Positions 24,871 to 38,103 of a stretch of DNA of 64,000 nt are shown piece after piece; the stretch's first letter is position 1, and the number at the start of each line of letters is the position of its first letter. The stretch lies in assembly GCF_009834535.1 (NCBI RefSeq), contig NC_045696.1, positions 15,502,001 through 15,566,000 on the forward strand, in the 5' to 3' direction. Origin of the DNA: Camelus ferus (lineage: Eukaryota). Both the position numbers and the translations under genes were made by a program. The notes under the pieces are model-generated. The model was not told where the DNA came from, did no database searches, and worked only from the letters and a program-made list of their open reading frames with translations.

Positions 24871-27800
24871 TTACGTGCAGGGGATAGGAAGTCCTCCCAC
24901 GTTTGGGCATCATGCTTCTTTAGGACAACTTCTAACTCTCATGTTCTCAACAGCCTATTACTTGGATTGTTGAGGTCTTAGCTTCCCAATGGACACTGCA
25001 CAAATGTACTAGTCTACCATAGCTTCCTCAGCTTGCAGGATGGCCTGAGAGCCATCTGGGATAAAAAAAACTCCCTGAGCCACTGTTCTGGGAGTAGGCA
25101 TCCTTGTCCATTGACCCAAGTGGGTTGGGCAATTACCGTTTATTATGGATGAGAAAGACTGAGAAGTATGACCCAGGATTCTGAAGACACTCAAATGTCA
25201 GTGACTCTGAGGTATCCATTCTAATTGTCCTAGTGGATTGCAAAACGAACTGCACAACATCATGATTTAGCCATTGCCTATTCATAAGATACAAAGGAAC
25301 TTTGTAAAGTCTTAAATCCTTCTTGTAGGAAGGAAGCTTAGAAATCATCCAGTGTTGCTCTTTACCATTGGCAAAAATCACTTCCAAAATGTCTGGACAA
25401 TTGACTTCCAGCCTCCGTTCAAACAGCTGCATTATAGGTGGGGACCAGCTTCTATCTTAATCAGCTAATCAATATGCTGTCAACTGGGTGGGGAAAATTT
25501 TTTTTTTAATTTCTTGTTCTGTGGTCTCATGTGCCTCCTGCTGACTGAAACTGTCCACTTCCAATTCTTCAGTTTATTAAACTAGGGATATTGTGTTAAT
25601 ATTAGTTCCTTTAAGTAATAAAACGTCCCCAGAATACGATTTTAAATTCACATGACACAAGGAAGTCGCTTCTATTGGGAGTAAACATTTACATATAAAT
25701 ACTTGCATTTAAGAATGATTTTAAATTTTATCTTTTGTCACCACCTGGTGGTAGAACATTTTCTCACTTCTCTTTTTTGCACTTTCCTTTTTTGTTGTTA
25801 GTTAGGAAAATGTCTAAACCAAGAAAATGAATTTAACATTGATGGTCAAGTATTAAATTTAGCATTGAAGTCAAATATTAATGTAGACTTAAGCATACTG
25901 TACGCACTTAATATATATATCTAATTAATAAATTTTAAATTTGTTTTAGTGAACTGCAGTGTTCTATGATCTCTTCTCATGTGATAAATAAAAGATCTCC
26001 TGTGATGAAGAAAAGTAATCCACAGTATTATCTTAGAGGTAATTTACTTTTTTTTAGTTTAATTGATTTTTGATTGAAACTAATAGAGCTACATGATCGA
26101 AAAGTAGTTGGCTAAGACATTTTATTATTTTAAGAATGCAAATTTACAATTTCTGAAAGATGTTTTCTATGACACCAAAAGCCGAGACGAAGTTCGATAA
26201 AAATTTATTAAATACGATTGAAAAGGTGTAAAACCTCTGCAAATTCCTGATGAACTATTAAGAAAACCTGAGCTGCACATCATTTGTTGTAGACCGTCGC
26301 CACCTGGTGGACTGAGACGGAAGAACTAAAGACTGTGGATCTTTTAAGGTGGAATTATTTTTGACAGAAAAACTCCTATTTAGAATGTAAGTAACATACA
26401 ATCGTTGGAAATAACAGCAATGACAAGTCTGACAACATACTCGCCTACCAAACAATTAGTTAAAATGCCAAAAGGAATCTGATTTAAAAGTATAAGTCAG
26501 AGTCATTTCTAACCCTCCTGTTTGGCTGCACCATCTTAGGCAAGAACAACCCCTTTGAGGTTCAATTTCACATCTGCCAAACAGGGGGCATGGATTGGAC
26601 AGATTCTTGAAAATGCAGGACTTTGGGATCAAAGCAATTGTAAGTCTAAATGCAATTTACATTCATTTTTCTGTCTTCAATATTTGTTATATTTCTGGGT
26701 ATATAACCTGCCTAATATAGATGTTTTCTGTGTATTTTCTCATTTATAATCAAATAAAATATCCATTTGTCCAATCCATTATTTTAGACCGTATGTTCCC
26801 AAAAGGAGCATGAATGCTAAACAGCTTTCCCATGTCTAACTGGTAAATTTTATGGTATGAAAATATGAATGAACAGCATTACATTTTTATGAAATAGGTA
26901 CCTTAATCATTTCTGTACACAGTGTTTACACTAAAACAATGCTAATAGCACATGTATATTGCCAGATTCTCTCATTTCATGGCTCCTTGTTGAATACTTA
27001 ATTTGGTATATAGACTTCTTGAGAACTATCAATCCAGTATTGTGTCTGTAATATATGAATAAGTGAAACATACAAACACATATAAATAAAAATTAATACT
27101 TGTTTATTTCCTTTACTTTAAAATGCATGAAACTTTATTTTCTCTGTTTACAGAGGACAGTAAGGCTTTTAAGTGGTCAAACTGTTCATTGTAAGGGTAT
27201 TTTTATGTCAAATACTTTACCTTTTGTTGGGCCATCTCTACGAATAATAGAAACTGGTTAAGGTCGATAAATTAGAACATATCAAGATTTATGTTTATCT
27301 AAGCATATATGTATTCTAGAAAAAGAAAACCAGAAATATCGCAGAGTTTAGGGCACTGTAAGATCTTCTGGGGGCACGTTTAAATCAAGGAGCAAACATT
27401 TGATAAGTGTGAGAATGTGACACTTACTTATGAGGACCCAATATTACATGTCACTTTTACTAATGCCATGAACAAATTCTGCTCTGTTGGTCTTGTTTCC
27501 ACATCAAATTATTTTTTCAATTCACAATTTTCTTTATAAACATACATATATATTATATGTATACATTTGTATATATGTATATTTGTCTGTGTATTACCAC
27601 AAACATCCAAAGAGTGATGATCTTAAAAAAAAGAGAGAGAGACTTAAGTAGATTAAATGTTCTTCTGAGCACGGATGAAGTTTTTCAAGCTTTGTAATTG
27701 GCAACTCGTACATCCATGCCTCTGCTGAAGCGATTAAAAAAGAATCATTTCCCAGAACTACAGGTGCACAACAGATTGGAATCATTATGCAAAAGAACAG

Positions 27801-30473
27801 AAATCTGGAGAGAAACCCAGTGAATAAAAAAGCCATGTTCCTGGCCATTCTTTTGCCTTTAGTTTTCTGTTTTTTCCAGCTCGATTTGGATATACAGCAT
27901 GAAATATGCAAAAATTATAATAGATTTGGAGTAAGGCATTGAAGATTAGAAATGTATGCTTGAATTAAATTAACTTCCAATAAGAATGGACTGGAGGCAG
28001 AAAAGAACTAAAGGCCAAATTTGTATTAATACATTTTATAAAGGCTAAAGTTTCTGCAGGGGAGTTGACAGATTGTAACGCATTACATGAGGTTTTAGAA
28101 AACAACGTATTTTCTGCGGGTCTTCTGAATTTCCCATGCTGTCCTGATAGAGAGAATTGCATTTTCCCTTATGGATCTAGTAAGTCTCTCAGCCCCTGGG
28201 CCACCTCAAGTATCTGAAATCTCCATCTCAAAGCCAGTCTGAGGTCCAACTTCTGGTCACCATGTATTGTTTCCAGAACCCTCTTCTGAGCAGGAGATGT
28301 GAAAATTTATTGATGGCTTTGCCATCATGTTTTCATGATTCCACAGTCAAGATCCTGTTTAGTATAAAATGGTTTTTCCTCATATGTTCTCCTAGGTATC
28401 TAATCTTTCATCTAGCTGGAGAGAAAGAACAAACGAAGGGATAAAAAATAGAACATTAAACAATCACAGAGGGGAGAAACTAAACTGAGGAGAAGGGAGA
28501 TTTGGGAAATGAAACGTGTGAAGCAGAGAAGAAAACATCTCTTAGTTCAAAAATTAACAGAATGAGCTAGGCTAGACAATGTAGAAATGAATGAGGCCAC
28601 TCATGAGTGTGTGTGTCAATATTAAATTTGAAGGAAAAATGGAATGAGGTGAGAGACTGCGTGGAAGGGAGGGGCAGAACAGGGTCAAAATGTTAGCTAG
28701 TCGGTGGGATAGTGGAAGAGCACAGGAAAAAATTGGTTATCGAGATACCTTTAAGCTGCTGTTAAAATATATGGAATTCCTAGGTTAATCATTCGACGTG
28801 TATCTATGATAATGACCTTGGGAAAGGAAAATTACGTTTAAGAAAGCATCCATGCCTAAGTGCGTGGGGTCCAGGGGTTGTTTTAAACCCTTTCAAGGGT
28901 GAAGCGTTTGGCTTCTCTTTGCCAGTCTTTTCCGTTTGATCTCTCCCAAAGGGTGGAAAGCAAAGATTTTGTTTTTTGTTTTTCAAGGAGGCGAGAGAAA
29001 AGAGAAAGTTGGAAAGTTTTCTGAAAGCAGAAGTTGGAAGAGGGACTTGTTGGAGGACTTGCAAGGGACGCTTCTGGCTGGAACAGAATGAAGCTGGGAA
29101 GATCTGGGGAGGAGGAAGGAAAGGGCAGAGATCAAACTTGATGAGCACTGAGGGGCGGGGGCGGCGAGACAGGAGACGGGGCAGGGCGAGGAAGTGTGAG
29201 AGCGCGCGAGTGAGGGACGCGGGTCTGCCCCGGGACTCGGGCGGTCATTCTCACCATTGTCCCCGTGGTTTTCCGCCTGGGGAAGCGTTATGAAACATTT
29301 CCTTCCTTTGTGTCATTGAGCCCCTCCCTCTTTCTTGATGGAAGAGCTGCTTAGCTTTTGCCTAAGGACCTAGATGGAGGTAGAAAAGCTGATTTTCTCG
29401 CTTTCCTAACGCGCATGCAGCCTTCTCCCTCCTTAGGGGAAGAGGAGGGAGGGCTCGGGAAAGAAACCCACCGCTTAATTTTCCCATTGCACACATTCTA
29501 GCCCCAGCGACCCCGCTGGTCCCTGGGTGGGAAAGTGGGGTTTCTTGACGTTGCGAACAACCTGGCCTACATCCTACAGCCGCTAGTAGGTGGAAGGAGA
29601 CAAACTGGGCGGGAGTTATGTTTCCCTCCTTAGGCTCTGGAGAACTGAACCGCGTTCCAGGTCACCTATTCCGGAAGTGTGAATCCGGGTCCCCACGGAG
29701 AAGTCTCTAAGGCCGGGGGTGGGAGGGGGGGTGTGAAATGATGGTGGAAAGGTTAGGGGTGAAGGTCAATGCAAACGTATTTTAAAATCAAGTAACTGGT
29801 AAGTTTCTCCGGGCCTCCTCACGCAAGGAACGCTTTCGAGGAGACGCGCCGGCCCAATCAAGCTTTCCCGAGAAAACTTGGGGCGAAGAGATAGCACGCT
29901 GCAGCAAACCGGCCCGAGGCAGGCCAGGGAGATGGAGAGGTGGAGTGGGGTATTTTTCTAGAAAGGGCAGCCCTGGCTCATCTCCCAGATTGAAGGGGAG
30001 GAGGCTGGCGGGGGAAAGGGGTGCGGTGAGAGATGGAGGCGGCGCAGGGACAGCTCCCGGGCAGGAAAATCTTGGAGAAGGGGACTCCGCTCTCCACCCT
30101 GACTGTCCCTTTTGGAAGCTGCAGCCCAGCTCGCGAACTGCGCTCCCGCACGAGAGGGGTGGCGGGAAGGGAAGGTGGTCCGGGAAGGCGGCCGGGTGAA
30201 GGCGTTGTGGAACCGAGTACCTTCTTCCCGCAGCAGCCCCAGACGTACAAAGTGCTGATCACAGCACCCCTCCTGCGTCTTCCGCCCCCAGATTGACGAG
30301 CCCGTGGCGCCGGGCCAGCGCGGAGGCCGCCCCCTCCCCCATCCCGGCCCGCGGCTCTGAGCGCGGTTTTGCACCAACTGAGTTTAGGGGGCGGTATCCT
30401 CGGGATAGAAAGGCGGCCAAGAGGGTGGAGGAAGAGGGGAAAGAGACGGAGGGGAGGAGACACTTTCAGAGAC

Positions 30474-30480
30474 TATAAAA
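30474..30480 (+). promoter_or_regulatory. ADAMTS1: TATA box of ADAMTS1
   Basis: TATAAAA(G), ~30 nt upstream of 'gcactcgctgg' (30506), which matches my recollection of the 5' end of human ADAMTS1 mRNA. Confidence 0.85.
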
Positions 30481-30505
30481 GGGCAGCCCGGGCTGCTCGG
30501 TTCTT

Positions 30506-30971
30506 GCACTCGCTGGTAAGCGGCTCACAACTTGGGGCCGTTGCATAGCCTGGGCGCGCAGTAGGGCCGAGAGGACAGAACCCTGCGCAGAGCGAGGTGC
30601 ACCGCGACCAAGGCGGAGGCCGAAGAGGGTCTCCAGGCACCGATCCTCGTGTGGCCCGTTGTCCCCTCGCCCGGAGGCGTCCCGGGACGCTCGGAGTCTC
30701 CGCAGCAGCCACCCAGCCAGCGCCTGCTGCGCGGTGCCTCCAACTCGTTGCTAGAAGAAAACTTCCCGCGCTCCGGCAGAACTGCATCGCCTCCTTTTCA
30801 GTGACTCCGGAGCCCACTTGCAGCTGGCTCTGCGCTCACTTTCAGAGAATCATAGTAATTGTTAACTTTAACAATCCCGAGCCAGGCCAGCAAGGTTCTG
30901 CGCCCGGGACCGGAACAATAGGCTCTTCGCTCAGTGCGCTGCGGCGGCGCGCGGTGACTCCCGGGGTTCGG
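30506..30971 (+). other. ADAMTS1: 5' UTR of ADAMTS1 (TSS inferred)
   Basis: Lies between TATA+30 and the first ATG, and contains no ATG. Confidence 0.75.
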
Positions 30972-31689
30972 ATGCAGCGAGCGGTCCCTGCAGGGTTCCG
31001 AAGGCGCACGGCAGGAGGCGACATGGGGAACAAGGCGCGGTGGTCTCGGGGCTGGCAGCCTACGCCCCCGCTGCTACTGCTCGCCGCGGCCGCAGCTCTC
31101 TTCGTGGTGCCCGGCGCGCTCGGGCGCCCCGCGGAGGAGGACGAGGAGCTGGTGCTGCCGGCCCTGCATCTCGACCCAGGACACATGACCACGCACCTCC
31201 GCCTGGACGCTTTCGGCCGGCAACTGCACCTGGAGCTGCAGCCCGACCGCGCCTTCCTGGCTCCCAGCTTCACGCTCCAGACCGTGGGGCGCAGACCCGG
31301 GCCCAACGCGTCGCGCTCTGATCCCGCCGGCGACCTGGCGCACTGCTTCTATTCTGGCACGGTCAACGGCGACCCCAGCTCCGCCGCTGCTCTCAGCCTC
31401 TGCGAGGGCGTGCGCGGCGCCTTCTACCTGCAGGGCGAAGAGTACTTCATCCAGCCCGCGCCCGCCGCCGCCACAGTGCGCCTCGCCCCTGCCGCCTCTG
31501 GGGAGGAGCCGCCCACGCGGCCCCAGTTCCATCTCCTGCGGCGCAGGCGACGGGGCGGCGGCGGTGCCAAGTGCGGGGTCCTGGACGACGAGACCCAGCT
31601 CGCGAGGGGCGCCGGGTCGGAGGGCGAGGACGCCGCGGCTCAGTGGCCGCCGAGGGATCGGGCGCCACAGCGCGCGGGACAGCCAACAG
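30972..31689 (+). CDS. ADAMTS1: ADAMTS1 exon 1 coding part: signal peptide + prodomain
   Basis: MQRAVP...MGN...[11 protein letters not shown]...[29 protein letters not shown]...KCGV...GQPT. Donor G|gtatca; 718 nt, phase 1. Confidence 0.97.
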
Positions 31690-33075
31690 GTATCAGTCCC
31701 AGAAGAGTTGCTCCCACTTGTCTCTTCATTCATCTCCCTCTCACTACCTTCTCTGTGCTGCGCGGCTTGAGGGTAAAGTCCTGTTCGCAGACAGGAGCGT
31801 ATGTCTGCGGACAGGACGGAGACGTGGTGTGGAGGAATGGGGCTTCAGGTTTGGGTTGGTGAACTAAATCCTGCTAGAACAGTTAATTCCATTTGTCCTA
31901 ATAATGAATGATCAAGAGAGGACAGACAAATCAATGATTTCCTGCTGACTAAGGAGAAGCGTTTCCACCAGGAAGGGGGAACTGGTAACCCAACTCCTTA
32001 CGCCTTAGTCGAACGTGAGCTTGTGCGACTTCTTTCCACCCTGTTAATTTCTTTTGAACAATTGTGCGGGCGTTCTTTGGTCGGGTTGCAACTCTGCGCT
32101 TAGTTTTGTAACTGCTGCCTGTTCGCGCACCCGGAGCCCAGAAGAGGGCGGAGATGGAGGGCAGAGGAGCGACGGTGACCTCGGAATCTGCAGCCCGCGA
32201 GCCTGGACAGCTGCTCTAGGATCTCTGTTCTGCTGGCCTCTGCCCCTTTTCCCCTTGAAGAGGCTGACCCCGACCGGTTGGCGGCGGCGGCCGGGGCCCC
32301 TTTGCACAACCTGCTTGGGAGGTCTTTGCCCAGCTTGCCCCGCCTCTCCGCGCCTCCCACCCGCCTCCCACCCGCCTCCCAGTTTGCTCCCTCTCGCGGC
32401 CATAGTTGTGCTCTGAAATTCTGTTGAATGTTAGTCACCGCCGATCCTTCCTGCCACGCCTTCCCCGAACTCCCTGTTGTGTGCAGTGCTTACGGTCTAG
32501 TTCTTTTCATTCTATCACTTTGGTGCCTTTTTCTTTCTTTCTTTACTTTCTCGCGTGTTGTGTAAAATTTTCCTCTTTTTCCTCCGTTCATCTGCTCCTT
32601 GAAGCAGTTACGTGGTCCGAGCCCAGGGCACAGTTTAGGACTTCCCTGGGGGCTGGGTCTCCGTCAGGAGGCGGAGCGCTCTTTTCTAAAGAATCAACCC
32701 GGGCCGGTGGTCTGAGGCAGGAACTTATTTCCCTGGGGCAGTGGGAAGGGGGGGCGCTAGGCGGCTGGGCACAGTGGGTGGTCCTCGTGCCCGGATTTGG
32801 CAAGAGCGGAGAACCCCAGGGACCCCTGGAATAAGAGAGCAGAGCAGCGCAGGCGGAGATCCCTTCAGGCCCGGCCCCTTGGCAGAGGCCCCAACCCTGC
32901 CCTGGGCCTTCCACGTGGAGCCTGATGATCTCATTCAGGATTTGGGTCCTGGCCTGTGAAAGAGTGACTCAGGGGCTCTGCCTGCTCCCCTTGCTCCAAG
33001 ATTTTACTACAGCTGTGCAGCATGATGTGCGTACTGCCTCGTTCAGATTGTAGGACTTCAAAAGAAATCCTGCTT

Positions 33076-33117
33076 AAACAAAACAACAAACAAACAAACA
33101 AACAAACAAACAAAAAA
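33076..33117. repeat. (AAAC)n microsatellite in intron 1
   Basis: Direct reading of the sequence. Confidence 0.9.
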
Positions 33118-33319
33118 GCCCGACCCCCTCGGAGGAGCACATGGCCTTTTTTATTTAAAGTAAAGGAGAAAAGTTTAAAATTAACATTTTCAGTGAAAAG
33201 AGATGCAAATATTTTTGTTACTGTTGCTCTCGGTATATTTTGGTATTATTTGCTTTGCCTGGTGAGGCTTTCCTTATATACTCTGGGAAGGTGACTATTC
33301 TTGGCTGGACTGCCCTTGA

Positions 33320-33721
<402 letters not shown>

Positions 33722-34048
33722 TAGTATTCTCTTGCGAGTCAGTTTTGTAACCAACAAACGAGTGTACGGCATTTTACCCATATTTTTGCACCTATATATT
33801 TTTTCTATTAGCTAGCATGGTTCATCTTCCTTATTTCTTCTGTCATATTAATATCTCAAGTTTCACAGTCCTATTTGAATAGCATTAGGGAAAATCTTAA
33901 AGTCACACAAAGTACTGCTAAAAGGACGTTGTAACAACAATGAATGTAGATGATCCAAAACACATATAAGCTATACCCTGCCAAAAAGTTGGATCCCAAG
34001 GTTCGTGCTCTGTCCCTATTAATAAGGATATACTTTTGCTCCTTGTAG

Positions 34049-34198
<150 letters not shown>

Positions 34199-34550
34199 TG
34201 AGAGTTAAGCCCAATTTGTGAATTCAAACCGATAAACTGTATTAATTTAAGAGGGAGAGGCTGCGGGTTATGTTGCTATTTTAGGTCCCCCTCTGGAAAC
34301 TTCGGAAAATATTTTCCCAGTATTCTAAATATGCCCATCTTTATTAGAATTCAGAGTTAAGATAAGATCGGCTGTGGACACATTTTGAAATTTACATATC
34401 CTATGAAAGGTAGACCTCTTTAAAATAGATTGTCTCTGAAATACATTTCTTCTTCTAGACAATGAATTTTAAGACAAATGAATGCCTGCTAGGAAAAGGA
34501 AATGCTGCAAGTGACCTATATGCTAATACGGGTTTTGGATCTCTTCTTAG

Positions 34551-34718
34551 GCCATGTGTTCAACATGCCACATGATGATGCGAAGCAGTGTGCCAGCATT
34601 AATGGTGTCAACCGGGATTCCCACATGATGGCATCAATGCTTTCCAACTTGGACCGCAGCCAGCCCTGGTCTCCCTGCAGCGCCTCCATGATTACATCAT
34701 TTCTGGATAATGGTCATG
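34551..34718 (+). CDS. ADAMTS1: ADAMTS1 exon 4: rest of the zinc motif [12 protein letters not shown] and the Met-turn
   Basis: tcttag|[11 protein letters not shown]...SHMMAS...FLDNGH G|gtaaga; 168 nt. Confidence 0.98.
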
Positions 34719-35153
34719 GTAAGATGCTCCAGAGATTCCTTCTAGATGTTATCCAATTGTCCACATAGTGAGGCACTAGTTAAACCACTTTTTTTCTTTT
34801 TTTTGTTCTCTTTATTTTCCCTACTTCAAAATTACTTCCATTGTCCAGAGCATACATTTACAGTTCTTAATTTCCAGTATAAGTAGTGTTTCTGTTCAAG
34901 TAGCTCCCAGAGTACATTAACTTGAATTTTTAGCAGAACAGTCATTTTTTGTCATTGCTAATGCAGAAATACCCCATAGAGATTGATACCTTAATAATAA
35001 TTTAAATCTCTGTGGCATTTTCCCCCAATACTTGAACTTCCCAGTTGCTTTGCTATGTACAACCTCTTATGATAAGTATTTTCCTGAAATGACCTACTCC
35101 CTGCATGCTTCTTTTTATTATTTATTAATATTAGTCGTCATTTTTCTTTGCAG

Positions 35154-35440
35154 GAGAATGTTTGATGGACAAGCCCCAGAGCCCCATACAACTCCCCTCA
35201 GACCTCCCCGGGACCTTGTATGATGCCAATCGGCAGTGCCAGTTTACATTTGGGGAAGAGTCCAAACATTGCCCGGATGCAGCCAGCACGTGCACGACCC
35301 TCTGGTGCACCGGCACCTCTGGTGGATTGCTGGTGTGCCAAACCAAACACTTCCCATGGGCTGACGGCACCAACTGTGGAGAGGGGAGATGGTGTGTCAA
35401 TGGCAAGTGTGTGAACAAAACGGACAAGAAGCATTTCGAT
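35154..35440 (+). CDS. ADAMTS1: ADAMTS1 exon 5: disintegrin-like domain
   Basis: ttgcag|GA ECLMDKP...[18 protein letters not shown]...KHFD|gtgagt; 287 nt. Confidence 0.98.
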
Positions 35441-35667
35441 GTGAGTTTTTCTACTGCAACACACGGTCTTTTAAGATTCAGAACTGAAAGGGATGAAGGG
35501 ATGCTAAAACAACTGATGGCACCTTAGCATCCTGACCTGGGTCCTCTGGCAGAGATGCAGGATAGAATATGGTTATCATTGATTCTTTGCCCCCTATCTT
35601 TCTCTCTTATTTTCTAAAAAGGTCTCTGTAGAGGACTTTAACGGTGATGATCTGTGTCTCCTTTTAG

Positions 35668-36203
<536 letters not shown>

Positions 36204-36689
36204 TAATTTATATATTAAGGTGTTCAGTTTCAAGTTAGGACTGCTTTGCATCTAGATACATTGGCAGCTTCCTGCTTTGAGTTTGGTGCTGTTTTGGGTT
36301 ATGAAGGAAGCTTGAATCCAGCACTTATGATCCTTGCAGTGGCTTATTATTACTCTTCTTTACAGAGAAAAGCCCTTTACGCATGGTTAGATAAATTATG
36401 TATTAACACGGCAACCATCCAGTGGTTTTGGAAGATAGTTTAAGCATGGTCCAAAGTACTTGTTACTGGGTGACCAGCAGTAGCATGTGCAAACAGACTT
36501 ATTAAATGGAAGTCTGAGCATTGAGAACAGTGTTTGATATGTTGAGTTAGTAGAAGCATTATTTGCTGTTTGGTTGAGGGGATAAATCTGGCTCCCAAAT
36601 AGAAAACAGATTTGAATTTGGTTGATATTATCATGTGTCATTATCACTGTGGGCCATGAAAATATTCCCCAGTTGCAGATTCAATGTAC

Positions 36690-36960
36690 AGATGATTTAT
36701 TCAGCACCTACTATTGCCAGGTATTATTCTAGACACTGAGGATACAGCAGTAAACAAATTGACCAAAAGCTCTGCTTTCACTGACCTTAGCTAGAAGCGA
36801 GATAGATTAAGAAACAAATTAAAAAATTTGTAAATAAACAAATTCAAAAATGTATAAATTTTTCAGATGTCTCTACTATGGGAAAAAAAAAAAAAACCAA
36901 AGAGAAAGTTAGTGTGTGACAGGTATGGGGTACTATTTTAACGTTGGTGGTCAGGAAAAC
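36690..36960 (-). mobile_element. L2 LINE fragment in intron 7
   Basis: 'atttattcagcacctactattgccagg...tctagacactgaggatacagcagtaaacaaa' is an antisense L2 3' end. Confidence 0.75.
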
Positions 36961-37063
36961 AGAGATGTAATGTTAATGGGGAAAACTTTCCGAGTTATCC
37001 TGACAGCAGCATCTCTTGCCGCTGTTAGTGCATGACACAGGATACATGTCCTTCCTCTTGCAG

Positions 37064-37239
37064 GTGGTCGATGGTACCCCGTGTAGCCCAGATTCCACCT
37101 CTGTCTGCGTGCAAGGGCAGTGTGTAAAAGCTGGTTGCGATCGCATCATAGACTCCAAAAAGAAGTTCGATAAATGTGGTATTTGTGGAGGAAATGGATC
37201 TACATGCAAGAAGATATCCGGATCAGTTACTAGTGCAAG
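37064..37239 (+). CDS. ADAMTS1: ADAMTS1 exon 8: end of the cysteine-rich domain
   Basis: ttgcag|VVDGTPC...[14 protein letters not shown]...VTSA AG|gtaagt; 176 nt, phase 2. Confidence 0.98.
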
Positions 37240-37371
37240 GTAAGTGTTAAAATATTCTACCCTCCGGAGGTCTCATCATTTCAGCATAACTATTTACAGG
37301 TCTGGTAAAAATTACATTCTTAAATAATTATCTGGTTTTCAAGCTTAGTAATAGAATGAGCCGGTGAATGA

Positions 37372-38103
<732 letters not shown>

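Larger units (their letters stand above)
29150..32900. promoter_or_regulatory. CpG island covering the ADAMTS1 promoter, exon 1 and the 5' part of intron 1
   Basis: Abrupt shift to high GC and dense CpG against an AT-rich background. GC boxes (e.g. 29152-29160, 30282-30290, 30387-30394), CCAAT near 29854 and ETS-like CCGGAAGT 29671-29678. Confidence 0.9.

Noticed and set aside
1..29000. Possible exons of a neighbouring gene such as ADAMTS5
   Set aside because: No ORF with ADAMTS or other recognisable protein similarity was found upstream or downstream of ADAMTS1.
30597..31862. 421-aa ORF as a single-exon gene
   Set aside because: It is 5' UTR + ADAMTS1 exon 1 + read-through into intron 1. 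ADAMTS similarity stops at the donor site at 31689/31690.
29945..32959. Numerous overlapping sense and antisense ORFs (e.g. 31074-31733 minus, 219 aa)
   Set aside because: Expected from stop-codon scarcity in a CpG island and from antisense shadows of the CDS; low-complexity R/G/P/A content and no recognisable domain.
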